DNA of 63,437 bases, filler included, from Reclinomonas americana ATCC 50394 (lineage: Eukaryota), in NCBI GenBank assembly GCA_048213135.1. It is 10 parts of 4 records of this genome, joined end to end, with 100 filler letters (N's around TTAATTAATTAA, not from the genome) between each part and the next. Parts side by side here need not be neighbours in the genome. Positions count along the whole stretch, not along the records: positions 41,901 to 52,999 come from PS015043.1; positions 53,100 to 56,818 come from PS015043.1; positions 56,919 to 60,793 come from PS015043.1; positions 60,894 to 62,188 come from PS015045.1; positions 62,289 to 63,437 come from PS015047.1; 5 more parts are not named here. One strand, 5' to 3'. Below, in pieces: positions 52,001-63,437 of this stretch. Position numbers and translations under genes: made by a program. The first letter of the stretch is position 1. Each line of letters begins with the position of its first letter. The notes below the pieces were generated by a model. The model ran no database searches. It was given only the letters and a program-made list of their open reading frames with translations, and was not told the origin of the DNA.

Positions 52001-52999
52001 AAAATCACGAACCTGCAACTTGCCGCTGTCGTACTGAATGAGACGCTTGTCGGGGAAGTAGACTTGCAAACGAATATCGGCGTCGTGATACGTTTCAAAT
52101 CGGCGAAGCACGCGACGCCGCATCACGCGCTCCCTCCACGCGTCATCAATCATGAGAGACGGCTCCGGGTGTGGAACGTACAGGCGTGCTGGCGGGGCGC
52201 GCGCCTTGGAGATGGCAAAACAGTACCGGCGAACATCGTCACGCATCTCGTCGGCGCGCCGTTCGTACGTGTACAGACAGTCGGACAGAAGCGGGTGGTG
52301 AATGCGTGCCTGGATGTCGAACACGGATGGTGGCGCGCACTGGACGATTCGTCGCAGATCGCTGCCGTACAACACCGGTCGTCGCAAGTGCAGCGTGTTG
52401 GTGGCAGCGGTGGATTCGAGGACCTCGATGAGGGACTATGACGAGAAACAAAGGGTGTTAGAAGGGACAGAGTGAGAGGGAGCGCAGACAGAGCGAGGAC
52501 CGCAGAGAGTGAGAAAGAGAGCGAGAAAGGGTGAGAAGGGAGCGCACAGAGCGACAGGGGGCAAGAGAGGGTGACAAAGGGAAACACTGAGAGAGCGAAC
52601 GGGAGCGCAGAAGCAGAAGAGCGAGAAGGAAGACAGAAAGAGCGAGAGGAAAATGAAACCAAAACAGAGCCATCGCGTCATGCATTCGCTCCTTCTCTCT
52701 TGCCACATCTCTCTCTCTCTCGCTCTTCTCCTCCTCCACCCTCCTTCCCTCTCCCTTCCCCATTCCCTTCCCTTTCCCCCTTCCTCACCTTCGACTGCCG
52801 AACAGACTCAGCCGACCGCGCAAAATCCAGCACCGACGCAAACTTGCCAGCCACCACCTTCTTGTTGGCCTCACGACGGAGCTCGTTCAGTTGCTGCGCG
52901 ATTTCGCCATTGGCAGAAAGCGCTTGCGCGCGAGCCACGGAAGTGGCATCCAGCGGGTCGAACAACTCGGCAAACACAAAACCCAACGTGCGCAAATCC
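45786..52999 (-). CDS. SWR1: SWR1/SRCAP/Domino(p400)-family chromatin-remodelling ATPase, C-terminal half, with SANT-like domain and polyQ/Pro tail; 5' truncated
   Basis: [132 protein letters not shown]. SANT-like NWTSAEDAVL..VNWTELA at about 48000-48280. Continuity down to 45786 is inferred across gaps. Confidence 0.88.
48459..48630. repeat. 19-bp tandem repeat (GCAGTGCGAGAGGAAAGGA) x ~9, intronic
   Basis: Near-perfect copies directly visible. Confidence 0.9.
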
Positions 53000-53099
53000 N
53001 NNNNNNNNNNNNNNNNNNNNNNNNNNNNNNNNNNNNNNNNNNNTTAATTAATTAANNNNNNNNNNNNNNNNNNNNNNNNNNNNNNNNNNNNNNNNNNNN

Positions 53100-54314
53100 T
53101 GAGGAGGAGGCCGACGATGGCGCGGTGGATCATGTGGACAGCGATGGAGATTATGACGACGGCAGCGGGCCGGCGGTGGCTCCGCCTCCGCGCAAACGCA
53201 GCCGCCTGCAAGAGCCCGACAATGTGGTGGCCGACCTCACCTCGATGTTCACCTTTGAGGCCACAGGGCGTGTCTCTCGTGGCGTAATCAAGGGCCACGT
53301 GCGCGTCATCTCCCTCGGTCACCGCTTCCGCCATCCCACCGCTGCCGTCATGAAGCGATACACGTTTACGTCCAAGCCGGTGCGTCGCCCCCTTCCTTTC
53401 ACCTGCGATGCAGTAGCTGACAACGTCTCCCTCTGTTTGTGCTCTTGTAGCCACGGCCGTCACACATTCCCGTCGGCTTCCGCGCTGTTGCGTTGATCAT
53501 GTGTTTTCGATATTTTTTTACTGGCTTGTCAGCATTGTAACGTCGGCGAGAATATTCATCATATGTGTGGTGCAGGAATGTTTCATTCCCGCGTACTACG
53601 GCCGCCCCATGGAGAAGTGGTTGATGGAGATCCGCGAGACGTCCAAGGGACCAGAGTTTGAGGTGGGGTCATGAGGGGAAGGAGGGTTTAAGAGAGAAGG
53701 AGGGTTGAAGAGGGAAGGAGAATTGAAGGGGGAAGGAGGGTTAAAGAGAGAGGGGGTTGAAGGGTTGAAGAGGGAAGGAGGGTTGAAGAGAGAAGGAGGG
53801 CTAAAGAGGGAAGGAGGGAAAGAAGGAGAGTGGTGCATGAAGAAGAGGAGGAAGAGAGAAAGAGAGAGAGAAGGAGAAGAGAGAGAAGAGTATGAAGAGG
53901 AGAAGACAGCAGAATGGAGAAGATCACATATGAAGCTGCCGCTGCCTATAAGACTGGTGTTTGTGTTGATAGTTTGAATATGGTTGGACAAGACAGCTGT
54001 TTGCTTGTTGTTGGTGAACGAGTTGTTGTTAGAGGCAGAGAAGACAGAGTCTCGTACAGACAAGTGTTCTCACGCCGCGTTGTGCAGATGAGTTGCGACT
54101 CGACAGGCGAGGTCCTCAACGGTCGCGGCTTCAAGCAGCCGTGGGAAAAGTGGGCGCAGAATCGCAAGCTGCCCGTCCCCGAGCTGTGTGCGGCGGTGAG
54201 TGTGTGCATTTGCAGCTGTAGCACGATACTTTCGCGCGTGGCTGACTGACTGGCTTGCGACAGCGCTGGGGTTTTACCGATCCGCAAGTGATTGCCGCCA
54301 TCGATTCGCTCTGA
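53100..54314 (+). CDS. FYRN/FYRC (FY-rich) domain protein, 3' part
   Basis: VRVISLG..HIPVGFRA|..WLMEIRETSKGPEFE|MSC..GEVLNGRGFKQPWEK..|RWGFTDPQVIAAIDSL* follows the FYR pattern (SLG, PVGF, GPxF, FGFxxPxVxxxI). Confidence 0.65.
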
Positions 54315-54778
54315 GCACGAAATCACCAGATCGCGAGGGAGAACGGCAGTGAGAGAGAGAGAGCGTGACGAGTGGGTTACGAAATATTGTGTGTGCGAGT
54401 GGAGTGTGGAGAAAGCGAAATGCAAATGGGCCCGCTGTGCTATGAACCAACAACACGACACAGCTGCAGAATGAGACTTCTCGGAGGCAGGTACGACGAA
54501 ATATCGCTGCGAATGGACAAGGGCACGCTGGCATCGATTGGCAGACGCGCAGCGCGCCGTGCTGCGAGCTCGGTATCAATGCTGTTTCTGATGAGTTTTC
54601 GGGATCTGGACAGGCGGAGAGCGCAATGCCGAACGGATACGTTTCCTGGAACACAAGTGGGATATCGATCTGAAGGTCAGCAGCTCGGAAGTCCATCGGA
54701 AGCGGAGTGGAACGTCGTGAAGCTCCCACCCGCAGTGCGACCGAAATACGCCCAACACCCTTCTGGCCCGCAGTCAGA

Positions 54779-54810
54779 CCAATTGGCAGGCGGGGGCGAA
54801 GTGGCGGGCC
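54779..54810 (+). promoter_or_regulatory. CCAAT box and GC boxes upstream of the Rac gene
   Basis: CCAATTGG followed by GGCGGGGGCG and GGCGGG, 120-150 bp before the ATG at 54927. Motif match only. Confidence 0.35.
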
Positions 54811-54926
54811 AGCCAGAAAACACGAATCAACCAAAAATGCAAACGGGCCCACAAACTCGCCACAAATAGCTTTCGGCGCGCAATTCGTGTGACTCACCAC
54901 ACGTGATTTGTCGGCAGTGAGGGAGA

Positions 54927-56682
54927 ATGGATAACATCAAGTGTTGCGTTTCTCTCCCCCCATTACACACACACGCACCAGGAGAGAGTGTGTGTGAGAG
55001 AGGTAGTGCGCGCATGTGAAAAGTCTGGGGGCGCAAGGAGAAGAGGGTGTTTGGTTGAAAATGTCACACTGCTCTCTCGCCTCACTCCTCCACTCTCTCT
55101 TGTTCACACGTGTCGCTCACTCGTGTGTGTGTATGTTACTCTCCACAGGTGTGGTGGTCGGAGACGGTGCCGTCGGTAAGGTGAGAAAACAAACACACAC
55201 ACTCGCTCACTGTGTGAGAGGCGTTTGTTTTGTCAAGTGTCGCACTTGTGTTGCTTGCTTACACACGCACGCACACACAGACGTGCATGCTCATTGCGTA
55301 TGCCAACAACCAATTCCCGGAGGACTACGTGCCCACGGTGTTTGAGTTGCGTCTCCAAGAAGAGTGGCGTGAGTGAGAGTGTGTGTGTCTGACTTCACGT
55401 GTGCGGACAGCAACTACAACGCCAACGTGATGGTTGCCAACAAGACCATTGGTCTCGGCTTGTGGGATACCGCTGGTGAGTGACGATCAGAGGGCCAGAG
55501 AGAGAGAGAGAGGAGGGGGTTGTTGCTGTGAGAGCGGAACATATCACGCACACGCACACGCGCGCCATCTCGCCCCTCCCCGCTCTCCATGCTACGCCGT
55601 GTGCACGCGTGGAGAGAGGCAGCTGGGGTGTGTTGTGTGTTGCACGTGCGCTGTGTGCCTGGTGCGGAAGATATCACACGCACACACGCGCGCCATCTGC
55701 CCCCCTGCCCCCCACGCTCCCCGCTATAGGCACACGCACAGAGAGAGAGAGGTAGCTGGTGTGTTTGTCTTGCACGCGTTGTGCAACGAGAGAAAGAGAG
55801 ATAATGAGGAAACGGAACATCGCGCGCGCGCTCAGCCGCCATCTCCTGCACACACACGCCACGCACTCAGCCTGTGCTCACGTGTGCGCCCTTGTGTGTG
55901 CGTTTCCCTCATTGCAGGTCAGGAGGACTACGATCGTCTGCGCCCTCTGTCGTACCCCAACACAAACATCTTCATCATCTGCTTCTCGCTCGTGAGCCCC
56001 TCCTCATTCCAGAACGTCAAGGACAAGGTGAGGAGTGGTGGAGAGGCAACTGTGTAGCCGAGTGCCGCTTTCCACGTGGCGAGTTTATGTTGACTTTTTT
56101 TATCTGTTTGTGTGTCACAGTGGTATCAGGAGCTGAAGCACCATGCACCGGAGGTTCCGATTCTGCTGGTCGGCACCAAGCTCGATATGCGTGAGGACCC
56201 GGAGATCATCAAGGAGCTCAAGCAGAAGAGGTTGGCACCCATCACCAGGGAGGAGGTTTGTTGTTGTCGTCCGCCATCTCTTGCTGCTGATGAGATGTTG
56301 CATTTGACTGACTGTTGTGTGTGTGTGTGTGTCTTTAGGGCGTGAACATGCAACGGGAGATCAACGCCGTCGGCTACTGCGAGTGCTCTGCAAAGACGCA
56401 AAAGGGACTGAAGGAGGTGTTCGACACGGCCATTCGGGTGAGTGCATGATGGAGGAGCAGCAGGGTGGCAGAGTGTGAGAAGAGTGCAGGCAGGGTACAA
56501 CACACCGAGTCAGTGAGAGGGTGGCCAGCATAGCTGCAGTTTGTCGTCTCCGCCCCTGTCTCTGTTATTCATGATGCTCATGTGTGTGTGTGTGTCTTTT
56601 GTGCTTTCTCTTGTAGATTGTCCTCAATCCGAGCAGGCGAGAAGAAGCGCCGGCGAGTGGGGGCTGCTGCGTCGTCCTGTGA
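54927..56682 (+). CDS. RAC: Rac/Rho-family small GTPase, complete, 8 exons
   Basis: [63 protein letters not shown]..|[17 protein letters not shown]..|..[31 protein letters not shown] (CaaX). Confidence 0.96.
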
Positions 56683-57132
56683 GGAGGAAGACGAGAGGCG
56701 AGAGACGAGAGGAAGGAGAGGAGCAGCAGCAGCAGCAGGAGGAGGAAGAACGTGAAAAAGATGTGACGAGACGAGGAGGAAGAACGGGACCTGTTCGCTT
56801 GTGTTTTTCCTCTTGCGTNNNNNNNNNNNNNNNNNNNNNNNNNNNNNNNNNNNNNNNNNNNNTTAATTAATTAANNNNNNNNNNNNNNNNNNNNNNNNNN
56901 NNNNNNNNNNNNNNNNNNTTTGCGTGTGTGTCTGCCTTGTCTTTCCCTCTCTTCCTCTCTGTTTCTCTCTCCCTCTTTTATCCACTCTCTCTCTCTCTCT
57001 CTTTCTCTCTTTCTCTCTCTCCCTCTCTCCCTTCCCCCCTTCTCTCTCTCTTCCCTCCCTCTCCCCCTTCTCTCTCGCCCCCCTGTCCTCCCCTTCGACC
57101 TAACCCTTTCCCTTCTTCTTCTCCCCCATTAG

Positions 57133-60100
57133 TGCTCAACACCGACGAACTGTGCGTGCTGGGCGGCGTGGACTGCCCTCGTCGCAAATGTGTGGACCCT
57201 CTGTGCTTGCATGCACACATGCCGTTCGAGAAGCGACGAAACCCCATGCAAGTGTTCTACCTGCCACAGGCTTGCCGACAGGTGCGTGCCGGTTGGGGAG
57301 TGCATGCGACTGTGTGTTGAGATTGCACGATTATTTTCGCACTCTTACTTTATGTTGTTGTCGATTGTCTCCTCTCCAGTCCCCCCTCGTAAGTCTCACT
57401 CACTGCGTCCCTTGTTGCACACACGCACGCAAGCAGTATTTGTTTCAATTGTCCGTTGCTTTCTCTCTTCCCCTCTTCCTCTTTCCCCCCTTCCCCCTTC
57501 CCCTTTCCCCCCCTATTCACCCTTTCCCCTTCCGCAGTCATACGCCAAGCGCATGCCCGGCGGACCCTCGGTCCCTCAGTGCTCCCCGACCTGCATCTTC
57601 GCTCACTCGGTCTCCGAACTGCTCTTCCACCCCGTGCTGTGGATGGAGACCAAGTGCCGGACGCACCGATCGCACAACCAGCGCCGTTGCTCGTTCCACC
57701 ACGGCAACAACGCGGAGGAGAGCGCCACCCGCGTGGAGTACATGCACGCGTGGTTTTCACACTGGCGTCCGGCGTTGACAAAAGAGCGCTCCAATGGCAA
57801 GCTGGCGACCGGATTGGTGCGTCGTCTCGACAATTGCCTGAAGGAGTTGAAGAAAGCGCGCCGGTGAGTGATGCCATCACCTCCTGCTTCTCATATCTCT
57901 CTTTTTTATCACTCATTCTCGCATGCAGGCAAAACATAACGGGATCGTCAATGACGCTGGATACAGAGACGCTCGCCGAGTTGGAGGCCAAGAAGAAACG
58001 AGCGGCGCGTTTCAACGGCGACGGCACTCCTGGCGGCTCGCCACCGAGTGTCAAGTCGTCTCCCACGCCGACCACGGCGGCCGCGCCACGTGCCATGTCC
58101 AGCGACACGGCGGCGCGACTGTCGCTGCCGTTGGGTGCTGCGCCGCCTCCGTCGTCGTCGTCATCTTCCAAAAGTGCTGCTGCTGCAGCCGCCGCCGCCG
58201 CGAGTTCGNNNNNNNNNNNNNNNNNNNNACTGGCAGCAGCGGATTTGGGAGTGCCGGCAGCGGCAGCAGCAGCCGCAGCGGCGGCAGCCCCAGAAGACGG
58301 CTTGGCAGTCCCGTTTGGTGTCGCAGTCGCCGGGCGTCGCAGGGCGGTGGAGCCTCGCGCCGCAGCAGCGGTGGCGGTGGTGGCAGCGGCAGCGGCGGCG
58401 GTCGATGGCTTGGACGCGGCGGCGGCGACGACAGGTGGTGTCGGTGTCGTGGACGTCGCAGTGGAGGAGGAGGAGGAGGAGGCACCACCGCCAAATCGTG
58501 CGGCCCGACGCGCAATATCGGCGGTCGTCAGACCCGGCTGGGCGAATCGCGCAGCACGACGCGCGGCATCGGCCTCCGTGAACCCGGGCGAGCCCAACAT
58601 TCCCAGNNNNNNNNNNNNNNNNNNNNGCACCGTCACCATCGCCCACACCGCAGCCTCTGCAGGGCGTGTTGCCGCGCGTGGTGTTTGCCGATCGATCGCT
58701 GCACGCATTGCTGTCGGATCTGCGCGCGACACTCGCCTCACGGCTACCCTACTGTCGCACCACGGCGGTCGGTGTCTTGTGCGAGGTCGCCGAAGACATT
58801 ACGGGCCTGCCGCCGCAGGTTGACGTGCACGGCGTGGCGCAGCTGGTGGCGAGCACGGCGGAGTTGGAGAATGTGGTGGTGCAGCAGGTGGCCAAGGTGC
58901 TGGGCGATCGCTCGAATCTAGATGCGAGGGCCACCCTCAATTCGCTGGTGGCGGAGAGGGATAAGGTGGGTAAAGAGGAGAAGAGAGAGAGAGAGGAGAT
59001 AAAGGAGAGGGAGGGAGAGAGGGAAAGAGAAGAGAGAGAGAAAAGACATGCAAGGATGACAAAGGGAGAGGATGCTGAGAGAGAGAAAGAGAGCATGGCG
59101 AATAGATTGGTAATGAGTGAGTGTGCAAGGATTGTGTGTCGCGAAAAGATTAGAGAAGTATGATTTGAGTGAGAGAGGGGTGAGAGAGAACGGAAGATGT
59201 ACGGGAGAGACGAAAGCGAATGAAGAGGAGAGACGAAGGGTGAGGATTGGAGAAAAGGCAGCGCGGAGAGGAACAGGCAGGTCGACTGATAGACAGACAC
59301 ACATACGCACAAGTCTGCACTGTGTGTGTGAGAAGAAGAGAGAGAGAGAGAGGGAGAGAGAGAGGTGGGTGAGAGAGAGAGGAGAGGGAAGTGTTGGCTG
59401 TACCTTGGCTCACACACGAGGATACTGTGAATTCATCGCGTCGAGCATTCACATATGTAGCGAGACAAGGGCGAAAGAACGAAAGTATGGAGGGCACGTA
59501 GAGTTAGAAATTCAAGTGAACAGAAAAGGTTCATTTCTGTGTGCGGACGTGCGAGCGAGTGTGAATGAAGATGAGACTGGGGGAGAGGAAAGCAGAATGC
59601 AGAGGATAGTTGGGATTCTGCGCGAACGTGCACGGTTTATGGGTGTGTGTGAGAGAGTGAGAATAGTTGTGATGAGGGTGAGTGACTGAAGTGGAGATTT
59701 AGGGAGAGGACAACAGAATGCAGAGGAGACTGGGATGAGCGCGAGCGCGCACGGGTTTTTTGTGCTTGTGAGAGAGTGAGAACATTTGTAAAGCGGGGGA
59801 GTGAATGAAATGAGACTTGGGGAGGTGTAATAGCAAAGGGAAGCGATAGGAGTTGAGCGGGATCGTGCTGCAGTATTTGTGTGTGCACGCCAGATTGAGA
59901 ATTGGTGTTTATGATTGTGAGCGTTTCTGCTTTTCTTCTCCCATCATCTCACTCGGATCATTCTCGATCTGCAGTCACGAGAGCAGCTGCTGCGGAGAAT
60001 ACAACACGAACTCGACGTGTTTAAGGAGTTCGTTCGACTCCGCGGTGAGAGCACTGTTGTGTTGAGCAACCTCGAGCAGCCGTGGGTGAGTGTGTGCTTG

Positions 60101-60223
60101 TTCAATCATGAACACCGGCGTTTGTTGAATTCTCACAAAAACCGGTCGTGACCCCATGCAGGCACCCGTCGGCTCCTCGTCGTCCTCGTATCGCCTCGAT
60201 TACTCGACAATGCTGCCGCTGCT
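57133..60223 (+). CDS. Unkempt/TZF-type tandem CCCH zinc-finger protein with RAARF repeats (both ends truncated)
   Basis: C..CVDPLCLHAHMPFEKRRNP..Y..AC..CIFAHSVSELLFHP....TKC..CSFHH matches the Unkempt/plant TZF pattern (AH..RRxP..Y..C..AH..E..HP..T..C..C.F.H). Further exons at 57929-58208, about 58662-58964 and 59975-60085. Confidence 0.7.
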
Positions 60224-60895
60224 NNNNNNNNNNNNNNNNNNNNNNNNNNNNNNNNNNNNNNNNNNNNNNNNNNNNNNNNNNNNNNNNNNNNNNNNNNNNN
60301 NNNNNNNNNNNNNNNNNNNNNNNNNNNNNNNNNNNNNNNNNNNNNNNNNNNNNNNNNNNNNNNNNNNNNNNNNNNNNNNNNNNNNNNNNNNNNNNNNNNN
60401 NNNNNNNTGCTGCTGCTGTCCACCTCCATGCTCGCTGGCGCAGCGCCTTCACCGGCCGCCTCTGTGGCCGCCGTCATACTGCCGTCGGCCTCACGCTTGC
60501 GCTTCGCGGCCGGTTCGTCGCTGTCCGCCGCCACCACCACCGTTTCCGCGGCGGCAGCGCCCGACTCTCCCTCCTTGGCATCCTCGTCGCCACCACCAGC
60601 ACCCGCCTCGCCCTGCACCATGTCATCCGACCGTCGCTTGCGCCCCGACACATGCGTCGTCGCCGACTCTTCAGCCTTGGCGGTGGCGCTGGTGGCGGGC
60701 GCCAGCGCCAGCGCGTCGAGGAAGTTGGAGGCTGAGTTTTGCGTGGTCGGTCGACGGATAGTCGACGTCGACTGGCACTCCAACAACCCGTCCNNNNNNN
60801 NNNNNNNNNNNNNNNNNNNNNNNNNNNNNNNNNNNNNTTAATTAATTAANNNNNNNNNNNNNNNNNNNNNNNNNNNNNNNNNNNNNNNNNNNNCG

Positions 60896-60929
<34 letters not shown>

Positions 60930-60956
60930 TCTCGTCTCTCTCTCTCTCTCTCTCTC

Positions 60957-61105
<149 letters not shown>

Positions 61106-61129
61106 TCTCTCCTTTTCTCCTACCCCTCC

Positions 61130-61528
61130 CTCCTCTGCATCTCCTTGCGCGGTTCTGCGAGACTGACAGACACGCCCCACACTTGGCCTCGTACGCCCAC
61201 ATGCTGCTCCCTTCCCCCTCTCCCTCCCTCCCTTGCTGTGCGACCCACCAGCGCCCTCGCCTCTCCATCCGCATCAACCAACTGTTCCTCCAGCTCCAAC
61301 ATATGATTCGCCACATCGTGCAGCGTATCCCGTCGCGTATCCAGCGCCGCACTCATCAATGAAACCTTTTGATTCAGTCGCAAGTGATCGATCAATCAAT
61401 CAATCAATCAACAATGAGTGAGTGAGAGAACAGAGAGTGCTGTTACCTGTCTCTCAAGTTGCAAGTTCTTTGAGCGCAACATGAGCAAAAGTCGCTGATC
61501 AGGGTGGTGTGCCTCACGTTGGAGAGTC
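61130..61528 (-). CDS. Exon fragments of an uncharacterised coiled-coil protein
   Basis: cag|TLQREAHHPDQRLLLMLRSKNLQLERQ|gtaaca, then VSLMSAALDTRRDTLHDVANHMLELEEQL. Ends not resolved. Confidence 0.45.
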
Positions 61529-62026
61529 TGAGAGAAGTGTGTGTGAGAGAGAGACAACTCGAAAAGCATGTGCGCACACACAAAGAAAGAGACTTGCCTC
61601 AAACAGTGTCTGCGCATCCATCTTTGCTCACTTTGAGCACACACTGCACTCTCACTCGAAAGTCGTCGTTGATTTGTGGTGACAATTCGGCGCGAGGACA
61701 TGCGGACGCGACGTTTCCCGCTCATTTCTTTGTTTTGTTGTTTTGCGTGTTGTAATGGGATGGGATACGTCGCGGCTTGTGCTGGCCTCTGATCGGGAGT
61801 TGGTGGAGCAGAGTGGCACGTTTGTGTGTCAGATTTGTTTGGTGAGACAAGAGAGAGACAAGAGAAAGAGTGAGTGAGTGAGAGAGAGTGAGAGAGTGAG
61901 TGAGTGAGTGAGTGAGAGAGGCTAAGTGCGTGAGTGAGCAAGGGAGAGAGATTGCTGCAAAGACTTCAGAGGAAAAGATCAAGGGGAAGAAGGCCCGCGG
62001 GGAAGCTCAAGGAACAAAGAGAGAGA

Positions 62027-62099
<73 letters not shown>

Positions 62100-62481
62100 G
62101 ACGACGAACGTAACGTAAACGAAAGAAAGTAAGGTAAAGGAACGTAAGTAAGTAGGACGGACGGACGAACGAACGAACGTACGTAACGNNNNNNNNNNNN
62201 NNNNNNNNNNNNNNNNNNNNNNNNNNNNNNNNTTAATTAATTAANNNNNNNNNNNNNNNNNNNNNNNNNNNNNNNNNNNNNNNNNNNNCTTTCTGCCTTC
62301 TTCCCTGTCCCTCTCTCTCTTCCTCTCTCTTCCCTCCCCCTCTCTCTCTTTCCCCCGTCCTTCCCTCCCTCCTCCCCCCCCCCTCCTCTCTCTCTTTCCC
62401 GTCCTTCCCTTTCACCCCCTCCCTCTCTCCTTTCCCTCCCTCTCCCTCCGCCTCATCCCCTCGCTCACTTATACATTGAAG

Positions 62482-63377
62482 GCACGGCTGGAGGTTCTGC
62501 TGCTAGCCGCGGCAGTAATGCGGGTGGTGGTGCCGCGTGGGTGTTTTACGCGAGCGGCGGAAGTCAGGTGATTACTATCTTTCCCCTTTTTCTCCCTCTC
62601 CAGCTTTAGTTCACATTCTGTTGTATGCAGTCGCTCAGCGGGAATGCGTTCACGAGCAACGTGGCCAATGGCAACGGATGTGCAGGTATGTGTCAATGTG
62701 AAAAGAAACTCACGCGGGCGACGGCATACTCACCGCCCTGCAGGAGCCGGTAGCAGCGCGTCACCGAGTTCCGCAACCAACATGGGTGGCGGAGCAATGT
62801 GGACCATTGTGAGCGGTTCCGGCACGCTGGTGAATTCCCGCCTTCACTCCCATGCTTGTGTGATGAAATGGTGGCTCACCGCAAGCAGGCCGTGTCGAGT
62901 TGTAGTTTTGCAAGCAACACTGCCAACGGCAACGGCAAGGGCGGCGCCGCAGGAGGTTCGTTCATTGTCCTTCTCCTGCACAGTTAGTGGATTTGTTGAA
63001 TGAAGGAAACTGCCACGCACGTAGCGTCCGGTGATTCCAGCAGCTCCGGTAGCAGCACTGGAGGCGGCGCATTGTGGGTAGTAGTCGGCAGCGGCGGCAG
63101 TCAGGTGCGTCACGTGGCATGATTGAAGCATACCCGCTTCGCTAATGCGTTCCTCGCAGACAATGACCAATTGCACATTTACTGCCAACTCGGCCAACAG
63201 CAATGCAAACGGCGGTTTCGTGTTATTCTCCTTCGCCTTCCTTTGTTATTCTGTGCGTGCTTGCTGATGCTTGTGATGCAACTTGTTGTAGGTGGATCTG
63301 GTGTGACGGCGAATGCCAGTGGCGGCATGAATGGAGGCGGTGCAGTGTATTTAGCCATCATCAATGGCGGTTCGCAG
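62482..63377 (+). CDS. Polymorphic-membrane-protein-like (GGA/FxxN) beta-helix repeat protein, internal fragment (exons 62482-62567, 62631-62685, 62744-62829, 62889-62955, 63025-63104, 63160-63214, 63292-63377)
   Basis: Spliced: ..NAGGGAAWV..SQ|SLSGNAFTSNVANG..|..NMGGGAMWT..|AVSSCSFASNTANG..|..TGGGALWV..SQ|TMTNCTFTANSAN..|..NGGGAVYL..SQ; alternating phase-0 and phase-1 introns. Confidence 0.8.
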
Positions 63378-63437
63378 GTAAGATGCTGTGGCCGTTTCTT
63401 TTTTGTGCGCGCGTTTGAGATGGGATTCTTACTGCCG

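Noticed and set aside
54570-54632. Hammerhead-ribozyme-like arrangement (TCGGTA-TC..CTGATGA..stem..GCAA-TGCCGA)
   Set aside because: The conserved GAAA is GCAA, stem I is only about 2 bp and stem II is GU-rich; probably chance. An Infernal hammerhead search would settle it.
54372-54869. 165-aa ORF between the FYR gene and Rac
   Set aside because: No recognisable motif or splice signals, and it overlaps the probable Rac promoter; not supportable as a gene.
55340-55352. Non-canonical G|TT donors instead of |GTT
   Set aside because: Reading frame and conserved residues (Rac VFDNY, ATG4 junction at 38498) require cleavage before the G, so the introns remain GT-AG.

Overview
Draft (454-type) assembly of an intron-rich, GC-rich unicellular eukaryote. 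Ten scaffold pieces are joined by nine artificial N44-TTAATTAATTAA-N44 spacers, and there are many internal N gaps. Most ORF-track entries are spurious, so I reconstructed genes by reading splice sites by eye. In order: a giant MYCBP2/PHR-type RING-Cys-relay (RCR) E3 ligase, a low-complexity minus-strand gene, CHID1-like GH18, a TPR + GT41 (OGT-like) protein with degenerate catalytic motifs, an intronless bacterial-type glyoxalase/VOC gene, two tandem PD-(D/E)xK nuclease-kinase (Crinkler-like) paralogues, UBL5/HUB1, ATG4, PPME1, an SH3 protein, a SWR1/SRCAP/Domino ATPase, a FYR-domain gene, a Rac GTPase, an Unkempt-type CCCH protein and a Pmp-like beta-helix repeat gene. The two most striking signals concern splicing. 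(1) The catalytic segment of the RCR ligase is split over eight consecutive micro-exons of 4, 6, 5, 18, 19, 3, 3 and 2 nt. (2) More than 20 introns use a one-base-shifted donor class, GTTGCGT or GTTGAGT, almost always where exon position -1 is not G. Several small gap-bounded contigs appear inverted, most likely an assembly artefact. All homology calls are from recalled motifs, not database searches.
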